From positions 62,001 to 126,000 of the forward strand of contig CAZNUA010000001.1 of NCBI GenBank assembly GCA_964576115.1: 64,000 nucleotides of DNA. Direction: 5' to 3'. How positions within the stretch are numbered: position 1 is the first letter of the stretch; every line of letters begins with the position of its first letter. This DNA is from an uncultured Gemmatimonadota bacterium (GTDB taxonomy: Bacteria; Blakebacterota; Blakebacteria; Blakebacterales; Blakebacteraceae). Shown here piece by piece: positions 19,119 through 32,575 of this stretch. Under the pieces are notes generated by a model. The model was not told the origin of the DNA, made no database searches, and saw nothing but the letters and a program-made list of their open reading frames with translations. The position numbers and the translations under genes were made by a program.

Positions 19119-20384
19119 TCAGGGATATTCCAGCCCCTCGATCAGCGGTACGATCCGGCCGACCAGAAGCTGGTATTCATCGGTATCGGGAGGGGTCCAG
19201 GTGCACAGCAAACGGTCTCCGGTAAGTGTGAATCTGAGACCGTACGGAACCCGCGTATCACCCAGGTACTCGCCGGCCGGGCTGAGGACGCGGTAGAGGT
19301 ATCCCCCGCCCGCGGCTTCCCGATCGGCGCTGTGCTCTACTATCTGGAGCCAGAGATACCCCCGATCGCTGACGACCACCTGGCGCCAGAACGGCCGGCA
19401 GTCGGGCATCTTCATCGCCTTCAGTTCAGCCTCATAGAACTCGGCCATCATGGTCTGACCGGACTCCCGGGCGTCCTCGATCTGTTTCTGAAACCGTGCC
19501 CTGGTCTTCGCCAGATCCTCGCCGGTCAGAGGTACCGGCTCAAGTTCGATCCTGACCTTCCGGGTCAATCTGCCTGTGGTACCATACCAGAGCAATTCGG
19601 GTTCGAGGCCGTCGCTGACGATGATTCCGTGGATCGGGTGGATGTGAATCACGGCCATACCCGAAAAGGGCATGCTGAAACTGAGCATGCCCCCGGACGG
19701 CAGGGTGGTCGTCTGCGACGTCTGCATCACCGGTGTGTCGATGCTCCAGAGTGTATCGTGCGCGGTCGAAAGGGCCAGAACCCGCATCTGCGAGAACTGA
19801 CCCAGGTCATCCTCGCTCATGAGACTCTGGGTCAGGAGCATGGTGCCGTCATCGAGGATGTGCATATCACGCACTATCCCCTGTCGCCGGTCGATCACAC
19901 CACCGGGAACCGTCGTCATATCGAGGAGTGTTCCGCCGGTCCGGAAGCGGGTTGTCCGGTTCAGCTGTGCATCGTAGACATGAATGATACCGTTGTGGAC
20001 CTGCAGATTCGAGAGTCTGGAGAACTCGCCCGGCCCCTGACCGCTCCGCCCGATTCTTCTGAGGAACCGGCCGGCCGGATCGAAGACTGCGATACAGGCG
20101 TCGCCGCTGTCGATAACGTAGAAATATCCCCTCTCATCTGCCGTGATCATCCCCGGCCGGTTCAGAAGCGATTCCTCGTTGGCGGGATCTTCCTGCAGGA
20201 GGAGCGCCTCTTCGTACAGGAAGAGCTCCCCCCGGTAGCGGGGTCCCCCGCGGGTGACGGCTGTTTCAGTCCCATCTTCCACCGTCGTCATGAACGAGTA
20301 CCCGATCTCCTCACTGTTTTCTTTCGAACAGGCGGTGGAGAGTAAAAGAAAGACGAGTGCCGTCATCATGCCGGCTCGATACAC
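19119..20384 (-). CDS. 6-bladed beta-propeller (NHL-like) lipoprotein
   Basis: Lipobox STAC; FDPAGRFLRRIGRSGQGPGEF motif. Confidence 0.85.
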   Translation of the reverse strand: MYRAGMMTALVFLLLSTACSKENSEEIGYSFMTTVEDGTETAVTRGGPRYRGELFLYEEALLLQEDPANEESLLNRPGMITADERGYFYVIDSGDACIAVFDPAGRFLRRIGRSGQGPGEFSRLSNLQVHNGIIHVYDAQLNRTTRFRTGGTLLDMTTVPGGVIDRRQGIVRDMHILDDGTMLLTQSLMSEDDLGQFSQMRVLALSTAHDTLWSIDTPVMQTSQTTTLPSGGMLSFSMPFSGMAVIHIHPIHGIIVSDGLEPELLWYGTTGRLTRKVRIELEPVPLTGEDLAKTRARFQKQIEDARESGQTMMAEFYEAELKAMKMPDCRPFWRQVVVSDRGYLWLQIVEHSADREAAGGGYLYRVLSPAGEYLGDTRVPYGLRFTLTGDRLLCTWTPPDTDEYQLLVGRIVPLIEGLEYP

Positions 20385-20555
20385 GGGGCTTCCTCCATAC
20401 GGATAGCGGGGCCCTGACAGGGCTCCATTGTATCAGGCGAAGATGCTGATTTCGAGCGAACTCACCCCGGTTTGTTCTCCGTCTCGGGATCGGTTGGTGG
20501 AACCGATGGAGTGAAACCTCGTTCCGTCTCCCGGCGTATATCGAGGAGGTGTTGA

Positions 20556-20570
20556 CCTAAATCATTTAGG
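20556..20570. promoter_or_regulatory. Palindromic operator, likely the PadR autoregulatory site
   Basis: Perfect inverted repeat CCTAAAT-C-ATTTAGG overlapping TTGACC, 16 nt before the padR start. Confidence 0.65.
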
Positions 20571-20586
20571 CCATAAGCGAGGCTCC

Positions 20587-20919
20587 ATGACACAGGAACG
20601 ATACAGTGTGATCTCGGGCACGCTCGAACTCCTGGTGCTCAAGACCCTCGAGGCGGCAGGTGAACTGCACGGCTTCGAGATTCTGGAGTGGATCACCGCC
20701 CGTACCGGCGGCGCCTTCGCGATCGAGGAGGGTGCTCTCTACCCCGCTCTGCACCGGCTCAAGGAGCGCGGCTGGCTCACCTCCCGCTGGGCGGTCTCGA
20801 GCCGGGGCCGGCGGGCGAAGTACTATCGCCTGACCGCCGAGGGAGAACACTCGCTGCGAACCGAAGAGAGCCGATGGCTCGGTTACGTCGAAGCCATGGC
20901 GGAGGTCCTCAAAGCATGA
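20587..20919 (+). CDS. PadR family transcriptional regulator
   Basis: GTLELLVL, HGFEI, GALYPALHRL and RRAKYYRLT motifs. Confidence 0.95.
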   Translation: MTQERYSVISGTLELLVLKTLEAAGELHGFEILEWITARTGGAFAIEEGALYPALHRLKERGWLTSRWAVSSRGRRAKYYRLTAEGEHSLRTEESRWLGYVEAMAEVLKA

Positions 20920-23603
20920 CCCGGGGCAAATCGAACCGGAAAGGACAGAATCGGGATGGACCGAGTCGCAGCCGGGCCCGGGACGCGGCGGTCCGGCCCA
21001 GCCGCAGCCCGCGCGACCCGATCGCCGAGGAGATCGCACACCACCTCCGGGAACGGACAGACCGCCTGATCGCTCGCGGGCTCACTCCCGAGGAGGCTCA
21101 TCGGGAGGCCCGCTCGACATTCGGCAATCCCGACCGCTACGAGGACCGGTTGCGCATGAGAGAGAAAAAAAGAAACGGCTGGCGCCCCTCGGGCAGATGG
21201 ACGGCGGCGGTGTGGAACGAGTGCCGCTTCCTGCCCCGTTCGCTCCGGCGCAGCCCGCTCACGAGCCTGGCGGTCATCGCCGTCATGGCCCTGGGGCTAG
21301 GCGCGGGTATTACCATCTTCACCATCGCGGACAACGTGTTGCTCGAACCCCTCCCCTTTCCCGAATCCGACCGGCTGGTCGTGATCCAGGAGCGCATCGA
21401 GGCAGATACCGAGAGCCTCAGCCGTATCTCTCCGGCCGCCTTCGGCGTCTGGCGCGAGAGCAGCACGGCCGTTTTCGAGGGGCTGTCGGTTCTCTCCGAA
21501 CTGGGTTTCGAACTCATGGCAGGCAGCGAACCGACCGAGATCCACGCCGCCGCGGTCGCCCCCGACTACTTCTCGATCTTCGCCCTGCCCCTGAAACGGG
21601 GACGGACTTTCACGGCCGGCGAGACGAGCGCGGACGGCAATCAACCGGTCGTCATCAGTGAGGCCCTCTGGCAGCGTCTCTTCGGCGCCGATCCCGCCGT
21701 GCTGGGGACGACCATCCAGCTCAGCGGCCGGGATCACACCGTCATCGGGGTGTTGGCGGACAGTCCCGCCTGGCCGGCCGACTTCGAGGCCTGGGTGCCG
21801 ATCGAACCGTATATCGCCGAGCTGCTCAATGGTTCGTGGGGAGCCCGCTACCTGATCGCCCTGGCCCGGCTGCAGCCGACGACCACGCTGGCCGGAGCCG
21901 CCGAACATCTGACCCGGATCATGCAGGAGCACGAAACCGCCGGCGGTCTGGCCGCGGTCCTCACGCCTCTGCGGACCTATCTGACGGGCGAGATCAGACG
22001 CCCCCTGCTGCTGCTCATGGGAGCGGTTCTGCTGGTCCTGCTTGTCGCCTGCGCCAATGTCGGCAACCTGCTGCTCAGCCGCAGTCTGAAACGCTGGCAG
22101 GAAACCGGAGTGCGGGCGGCTCTGGGCGCGGGGCGCGGGCGCCTGCTCATCAGCCAGGTGCTGGAGGGGGTGGCCCTGGTTCTGGCCGGAAGCCTGCTGG
22201 GCCTGGTCTGTGTCGCCCTGGGTATCGATGCCCTTTTCGCCCTGCTACCCGACGATCTGCCGCGCGGAGCCGAGATCGCGGTCGACGGCCCGGTCGTTCT
22301 CTTCGCCGTCGTGCTCGGGATCGTGACCGGTATCCTGGCCGGCCTGCTGCCCGGCCTGCGGGCCGCGTCCACCTCGGGATTGGCCGGACTGCTGCGCGAG
22401 GGCGGCCGGGGGGTATCGAAAGGACGGGCCGGGCGGCGCCTGCTCAACGCCATGGTCGCGGCCGAGATCGCCCTGACCATGGTCCTGCTCACCGGAGCCG
22501 CCCTGCTCGGTCACAGTTTCTGGCGCACGGTGAGCCGGGAGCGGGGTTTTGATCCCGACGGCGTGGTGCTGGTGCGCTTCCAGACCCCCGAGTTCCGCTA
22601 CCCCTCGCTCGAAGACCGGGACCTCTTCTTCGACCGGCTTCTGGAGCGGGTGCAAACCCTGCCCGGGGTCACCGCCGCGGCCCTGAGCAACGCCAATCTG
22701 CCGATGGGGGGCAGCACCTGGACCTCGGGTATCGCACGCGAGGGAGAGCCCTTCGATCCCGAGCTGCCCCAGGTGCAGCTCGTCGGCATCACCCCCGGGT
22801 ACTTCCGGGTCTTCGGGATCCCGATCGCCGAAGGGGAGGACCTGACCCGCGAGGCCCTGGCCCGTACCGACCCGGTCATCATGGTCAACGAGCGTTTCGC
22901 CGAGATCTTCTACCCCGGCGAATCCGCCCTCGGACGCCGGGCCCGCTCCTTCTTCACTTCGGACTTCGCCACCATCACGGGCGTGGCGGCCGATGTGCTG
23001 CAGCGCAGTCCGACCCGGGACGCTCCTGCGATCCTTTACCAGCCGATCACCGACCTCTCGGTGCGATTCGCCGTCCTGCTGGTGCGCACCGAACTGCCCG
23101 TCTCCTCTCTCTACCGGCCTCTGGCCGACGCGATGCACGAACTGGATCCGCAGATGCCCCTGACCTGGATGGCGTCGATGCGCGAGGTCGTCTCGAGGGC
23201 GGTGGCCCGCCCCCGCTTCTATCTGATCCTGATGGGGGCTTTTGCGGCCCTGACCCTGTTGCTCACGATCGTGGGCTACTACGGAGTGGTGTCGCAGAAT
23301 GTCACCGGTCGGGCTCACGAGATCGGGGTGCGGATCGCCCTGGGAGCCGATCCGCGGCAGATCACCGCTCTGGTCTTCGGTCAGGGCATGCGTCTGGTCG
23401 CCGGGAGTATCGGGGCGGGTATCGTGCTGGCCCTGGCTGCGACCCGGCTGCTCTCGAGCCTGCTGTACGGCATCACCCCGCTCGATCCGCTCTCGTTCGC
23501 GGCCGGCGTGATCGTCCTGCTGGCGCTGAGCGCGCTCGCGATGTTCCCCACCCTGCACCGGACCGTGCGGACCGACCCGGTGGCGGTGATGCGCGACGCT
23601 TGA
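20916..23603 (+). CDS. ADOP-type duplicated MacB-like ABC permease with permease-prefix domain
   Basis: EIAHHL...EARSTFG prefix, two FtsX/MacB halves (LVACANVGNLLL, EIGVRIALGA); ATGA overlap with padR. Confidence 0.92.
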   Translation: MTRGKSNRKGQNRDGPSRSRARDAAVRPSRSPRDPIAEEIAHHLRERTDRLIARGLTPEEAHREARSTFGNPDRYEDRLRMREKKRNGWRPSGRWTAAVWNECRFLPRSLRRSPLTSLAVIAVMALGLGAGITIFTIADNVLLEPLPFPESDRLVVIQERIEADTESLSRISPAAFGVWRESSTAVFEGLSVLSELGFELMAGSEPTEIHAAAVAPDYFSIFALPLKRGRTFTAGETSADGNQPVVISEALWQRLFGADPAVLGTTIQLSGRDHTVIGVLADSPAWPADFEAWVPIEPYIAELLNGSWGARYLIALARLQPTTTLAGAAEHLTRIMQEHETAGGLAAVLTPLRTYLTGEIRRPLLLLMGAVLLVLLVACANVGNLLLSRSLKRWQETGVRAALGAGRGRLLISQVLEGVALVLAGSLLGLVCVALGIDALFALLPDDLPRGAEIAVDGPVVLFAVVLGIVTGILAGLLPGLRAASTSGLAGLLREGGRGVSKGRAGRRLLNAMVAAEIALTMVLLTGAALLGHSFWRTVSRERGFDPDGVVLVRFQTPEFRYPSLEDRDLFFDRLLERVQTLPGVTAAALSNANLPMGGSTWTSGIAREGEPFDPELPQVQLVGITPGYFRVFGIPIAEGEDLTREALARTDPVIMVNERFAEIFYPGESALGRRARSFFTSDFATITGVAADVLQRSPTRDAPAILYQPITDLSVRFAVLLVRTELPVSSLYRPLADAMHELDPQMPLTWMASMREVVSRAVARPRFYLILMGAFAALTLLLTIVGYYGVVSQNVTGRAHEIGVRIALGADPRQITALVFGQGMRLVAGSIGAGIVLALAATRLLSSLLYGITPLDPLSFAAGVIVLLALSALAMFPTLHRTVRTDPVAVMRDA

Positions 23604-23646
23604 GTGTGAACCCTCCGGCGCTCCTCAGGCGCCCGGCCACACCGGC

Positions 23647-27916
<4,270 letters not shown>

Positions 27917-27966
27917 CGCCTCACGATCCTGGCAGGAGTGAATACCAGATCTTACTGGAATAAACT

Positions 27967-28323
27967 TCACGGCACCATGACGGGCGGAGGCTGACCTTCG
28001 ATCATCTCGATGAAGGCCTGCAGGAAAAGAGCATTCAGCAGAAAGGTCGGGTCGGGCGGAGTCCATTTCCTCCCGGCCCGGGAAGACTGATAGATCGCCT
28101 GGTCTACCTGACGGTCGTTGAGGAACATCGGATTCTTCGTCAAGGCCGTGTTGTAGGCATACATCGACCCCTCGAAATTCTCCCGTTGATTTCTGATCGC
28201 CCCCAGTCCGCACCAGGGCAGAGGATTATCGGGCTCGCGTTGAGTCAGCCGCCGCCAGGCGGCTTCGGTTTCGGCATAGATGACAAGGAATTCTTCGTGC
28301 GTCATGTCATTCAGATTGAGCAT
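27967..28323 (-). CDS. Small TPR-like hypothetical protein
   Basis: PDNPLPWCGLGAI...AYNTALTKNP TPR pattern. Start uncertain (28374 TTG or 28323 ATG). Confidence 0.6.
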   Translation of the reverse strand: MLNLNDMTHEEFLVIYAETEAAWRRLTQREPDNPLPWCGLGAIRNQRENFEGSMYAYNTALTKNPMFLNDRQVDQAIYQSSRAGRKWTPPDPTFLLNALFLQAFIEMIEGQPPPVMVP

Positions 28324-28410
28324 CCGCTGCTGTTCGGCCTGCCATTGTACCCTGTTGATGAACGCTATGATCAAGGTCTATCAGACATGATTTTTCCCTC
28401 TGTCAGAACC

Positions 28411-30027
28411 ATGACTGTCCGGGGACTGTGCCGGCGGATGCTTCTTCCCGCAGGCGGATCCGGTCTGCTCCTTCTGGTCGCTTTTCTGCCGGCCTGCTCG
28501 CCTCGACCGTAACTGTCGTTCGAGAGCACAGCCGCAGTCACCCTGAGCGGCTCGCAGGCAGCCATCGACGAACTCGATGACGCCGAATATCTCACCTACG
28601 TCAAACAGTCCATCGCCCGGGTCGTGGAAGGGCATCCCGAGGGCGAGGGATTGCTGAACTACCTCGAGGAACGGGCTGTCGCCATCGAATACCGGCGTCT
28701 GCAGCAGACCCGTACGTCACCACCCGGTCGCGGATTCTGGTTCTCGACGACACGGCCCGAGCCCGGGGGCCCCCTTTTCTATTTCACGTTCGAACCATGG
28801 GCTTTCATCGTCCCGCGGATCGCCATGGGGCGTGATTTTCTGGGGCTGATCGCGGCTCATGAGTTGCGCCATGCCCGGGATCAGGAACGATGGCAGGAGT
28901 TGATGGATCTGAACAGCTTCCATCACGTGATCATGGAGCAGACGGCCTACCAGCTGACAGTCGACCTGGCGGATCACTGTACCGACGGTACCTTTTCGCG
29001 CCTCGTGAACGAGGGTCTCGCTCATCGCGAATACAAAAAGGAGAATCGGCTGGTTCTCGTGCCCAAGCGATCTCTGACCTTCCGTTTCGACGCCCTCTTC
29101 GGCCCCCCCTCTCCCTGGGAAATCAGCCTGCGCACGCCGTGTTACATCCTCAGCCTGACTTATGCCACCTGTTCCAGTCAACTCGAACGGATCTATGCCA
29201 CCTGGGCCTTCCTGAACTGGGCGGGATATCGTCTGGATCCGCCGGGTTTCGAATGGTTTACCGAAGTAAACCACCAGGGTATCGACCTGCGACGTGCAGC
29301 CGACGAAACGATCACGTCCCCTCTCTTCGCACGGGTGGAAAGGCTGATAGAAGACATTGCCGGAGGGACATCCTGGCAGGGTCTGGTGCTCTCGGGGATC
29401 GGGTCGGACATGTCTGCGACAGTCCGTATTCTGGGAATCGAACCGACCGTCTCACCCGGGCAAACCGTGAATATCGGGGATCAGATCGGCCGGGTACAGA
29501 AAGCCGAGAGAATCTTCAAGAACATCGATCCCCACCTGCACGTCGAACTCTACCGTCACGGCACACGCGAGAACGCCGACGCCACATTGGCTTTCCTGGA
29601 AAAGCGCTGGGATGACCGCCGACCCATCACCCACGGCCTCTACCTGTATTTTCAGAGTCATCGAGGTTTGAAGATGCTCCGCAAGGCGTTCCGGCATGAA
29701 GCCGATCGCAAATACGATCAGGCCGCGGCCCTGTTCGAGAGAGCCCGCACCGAACCCTGGTGGGATATCTCTCCGGTACCGATCGATCACTACCTCGCCC
29801 GGGCTCATGCCGCGGCCGGCGACTTTCAGGCCGCCGCAGCAGTCCAGGAGGAGTTCATCGACGAGCTGGTACTACTCCTGGCTTACAGCCGGGGTTCTCC
29901 ACCGGGTACGGAACTGGGAACGATCGGGACCTGCGCCCCTGAGATCCTGCTGGCAACCAGGTTGAACCACCAGCGCGAGAATCTCGAGGCCTACCGTCGG
30001 GGAGAGGACACGATCTGGGTGTATTGA
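28411..30027 (+). pseudogene. Lipoprotein with zincin HExxH, LECT2-like M23 and TPR-like regions, interrupted by in-frame TAA 28510-28512
   Basis: Lipobox LPAC then SPRP-TAA; the frame stays open into ORF 28624..30027; HELRH, HQGID and HLHVE motifs. Confidence 0.55.
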
Positions 30028-30067
30028 CGAACGTCCGGCAGCCCCTTCGGGGCCGGGAATATATTGC

Positions 30068-31006
30068 TCAGTGCACTTTCACCAGATCGCCCCGGCCGAT
30101 GCCTGTCCCTTCGAGGATGAGGCATTTCGAGGCCTGCCCCTCTCCGATCGAGGGATCGACGATCTGGATGGTGGCGATCCGCCGGGTCTCGGATCCCAGG
30201 ACGATCCCGGTGTCGGGATCGATCAGCTCCTCACCCTCGCGATAGACATAGAGAATATTGCCGATGACAAGCCCGGCCTGGGCTCCCGGCTTGATATAAC
30301 AGTAGGGTCCGTCGGCGGCGACACTGAGCACGGTGCCGTGCCAGGCGGTATTGGTCACCCTCTCGGCGGCATATCGAGCCACCTTGCCGGTGACTTCCTC
30401 GGCCGCCCTGCCCATGCGGGTATCGCCCCAGGTTTCAACACTCGAGAAATCGAGATTGCCCGGTCCGGTGTCGAGCCCGAGTTGCGATTCGGCTCCCTCG
30501 TGCGACTGGGCATACACGATCTCACCGGTCGTGGTATCCACAAAACGCACATCCACCACCACCCGGGCCCGCTTCCGGTTCACGGCCAGCCGGCCGATTC
30601 CCACGCGTCGAACCTCCTCGCCGAATTCAGTGATGGTTCCGAATACGGCCAGCTCCACCCCCAACAACTCTCCCACCCGGGCAGCCTGAGCGGGAGTGAC
30701 GGCACCGGCCACCGCCAGGCCCTGTTCGGCCATGATGCTCTCGAGTTCCTGTCGCTCGATGACCGTGAAACGGCCGGTCTGCACCAGCTGGGTGATGACC
30801 ATGTCTGCGATCCCCCGCCCCGCCTCCTGAGGACCATCGGCACCCATCTCGAAATCGAAGACGGCGACACTCTGCTTCAGATCGGTGACCGGTACCTCGG
30901 GGGGGGGATCCTGCACGGACGCATCGACACCCTGAGCACGGGTGACAGCGGGCAGGTAGAGCAGGCACAGTACCATCAGGAAGGATGTCATCCGGACTCG
31001 ACGCAT
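30068..31006 (-). CDS. CsgG/HfaB family protein with C-terminal FlgT-like domain
   Basis: VAVFDF, GRFTVIERQEL, GTITEFG, VDTTTGEI and ELIDPDTG motifs. Confidence 0.85.
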   Translation of the reverse strand: MRRVRMTSFLMVLCLLYLPAVTRAQGVDASVQDPPPEVPVTDLKQSVAVFDFEMGADGPQEAGRGIADMVITQLVQTGRFTVIERQELESIMAEQGLAVAGAVTPAQAARVGELLGVELAVFGTITEFGEEVRRVGIGRLAVNRKRARVVVDVRFVDTTTGEIVYAQSHEGAESQLGLDTGPGNLDFSSVETWGDTRMGRAAEEVTGKVARYAAERVTNTAWHGTVLSVAADGPYCYIKPGAQAGLVIGNILYVYREGEELIDPDTGIVLGSETRRIATIQIVDPSIGEGQASKCLILEGTGIGRGDLVKVH

Positions 31007-31083
31007 GGATTCTTCTCCCGAATCGGACTCGAAGGCTCATTCTACGCCGTCGGACCGCACTCGGGCAAGGATGGCCCGGCCGC

Positions 31084-32004
31084 TCACTCTTCCTGTCTCG
31101 CTTCGTCGAACAGCGGGGTCGAGAAATAGCGTTCGCCGCGATCTCCGACAATGAAGACGATCCGGCCGTGTCTGGTCCGCCGGGCGAGTTCGACCGCAGC
31201 ATACGCGGTGGCGCCCGAGCTGATGCCGGCCAGGATACCTTCCCGCTGAGCCAGGAGCCGGGCGTACTCCAGGGCTTTGTCATCTGACACCCGGACGACC
31301 TCATCCATCAGGTCGGCATCCCAGATGGGAGGCATATAGCCTTCATCGGAATACTTCAGCCCATCGATGCGGCTGATGGCCGTGGTCGGTTCCACGCTGA
31401 TGAGAGCAGCCGCAGAACCGGCGTCGCGCAGGGCCCGCCCCACGCCCATCATGGTGCCGCCGGTGCCGAAGCCGCCCACAAAGGCATCGATCCGGCCGCC
31501 GGTCTGCTCGACGATCTCGGTCCCGGTGCCATGGTAGTGGGCCAGGACGTTGTCCTCGTTCTCGTTCTGGTCGAGGTAGTAATACTCGGCCGGCGCCTTG
31601 TTGATCATCTCCTTGGCCCGCCAGATATGCGAGTCTGCATCCTCGGCCGATGTCAGGGTCAACCGGGCGCCCCAGTAGCGGAGCATGAATCGGCGTTCGA
31701 GCGACTTCGACTCGAGCATGAGCAGATTGCACGGATACCCTTTCACCGCGCAGACCATGCCCAGGGCGATTCCGGTATTGCCGCTGGTGGCCTCGATGAC
31801 GGTGCGGTGCGGATCAGCCGGATCGAGTTCGCCCCGCTGCTCGGCTGCTTCGATCATATAGAGGGCGATCCGATCCTTGAGCGATCCGGTCGGATTGTGC
31901 GATTCGAGTTTGGCCCAGAGCTCCACTCCGGGGTGCGGCGCGAGGTGCCGCAGCCGAACGAGAGGAGTGTCGCCAATCTGGTCGAGAATGGTCGGGTCGG
32001 GCAT
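31084..32004 (-). CDS. PLP-dependent cysteine synthase family protein (CysK/CysM)
   Basis: IGDTPL, NPTGSLKDR, EATSGNTG, GTGGT and GISSG motifs. Confidence 0.92.
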   Translation of the reverse strand: MPDPTILDQIGDTPLVRLRHLAPHPGVELWAKLESHNPTGSLKDRIALYMIEAAEQRGELDPADPHRTVIEATSGNTGIALGMVCAVKGYPCNLLMLESKSLERRFMLRYWGARLTLTSAEDADSHIWRAKEMINKAPAEYYYLDQNENEDNVLAHYHGTGTEIVEQTGGRIDAFVGGFGTGGTMMGVGRALRDAGSAAALISVEPTTAISRIDGLKYSDEGYMPPIWDADLMDEVVRVSDDKALEYARLLAQREGILAGISSGATAYAAVELARRTRHGRIVFIVGDRGERYFSTPLFDEARQEE

Positions 32005-32315
32005 GGGCTGTTCTTTCCGGTTGGAACAGGGATGGTCATCCGCTTTTGCTGGAGGGACGTATCGGCGGGGAGATCCCGCCCGGGTTCGCAGCACAGACGC
32101 CTGGAAAGAGACGATGTTCCCCCGAAGTTGCGGAATATCCTGTACTTACGGCATCCGGGTTACATTGAGAGAACGGCGGTAGGCGGTTCGGGCCTCCCCC
32201 TCGGAGCTGCCGGCGGCACCGCCCGATAATTATCCTGCGTCAATCGCCCCATGTTGTTCATGTGGACTCCTCAGCAGATTTTTTGCTTTTCAGGTCGAAA
32301 ACTCCGGATTAGCCC

Positions 32316-32344
32316 TTGACGTCCTTCTTCGAGCGTGGTAGACA
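32316..32344 (+). promoter_or_regulatory. Putative sigma70 promoter of the hydrogenase operon
   Basis: TTGACG-N17-TAGACA with an extended TG. Confidence 0.45.
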
Positions 32345-32551
32345 GATGCGAACCCCGACCGTACGCGGGCATGGGAGGGGTGAAAAAGCGAGCACCNNNN
32401 NNNNNNNNNNNNNNNNNNNNNNNNNNNNNNNNNNNNNNNNNNNNNNNNNNNNNNNNNNNNNNNNNNNNNNNNNNNNNNNNNNNNNNNNNNNNNNNNACAG
32501 ATGCGAACCCCGACCGTACGCGGGCATGGGAGGGGTGAAAAAGCGAGCACC
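32342..32551. other. Scaffold gap (100 N, 32397-32496) flanked by an identical 55-bp duplication
   Basis: 32342-32396 equals 32497-32551, as expected for an unmerged contig overlap. Confidence 0.9.
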
Positions 32552-32575
32552 ACCAGCCTTTCGTGGAGAACAAAC

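Noticed and set aside
30068-31006. Curli secretion system
   Set aside because: Only a lone CsgG/HfaB-family gene is present, with no csgA, csgB, csgE or csgF.
32005-32230. Cys-codon leader peptide upstream of cysteine synthase, by analogy with the Met leader
   Set aside because: No short ORF with clustered Cys codons, an RBS and a U-tailed terminator was found.
32336-32350. sigma54 promoter (TGGTAG...TGC) for the hydrogenase operon
   Set aside because: GG-to-GC spacing is one base short of the -24/-12 requirement.
32342-32551. 55-bp direct repeat around the N run as a CRISPR, IS target duplication or invertible element
   Set aside because: Both copies abut the gap exactly, which points to an unmerged contig overlap. 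Only two copies exist and no cas or transposase gene is present.
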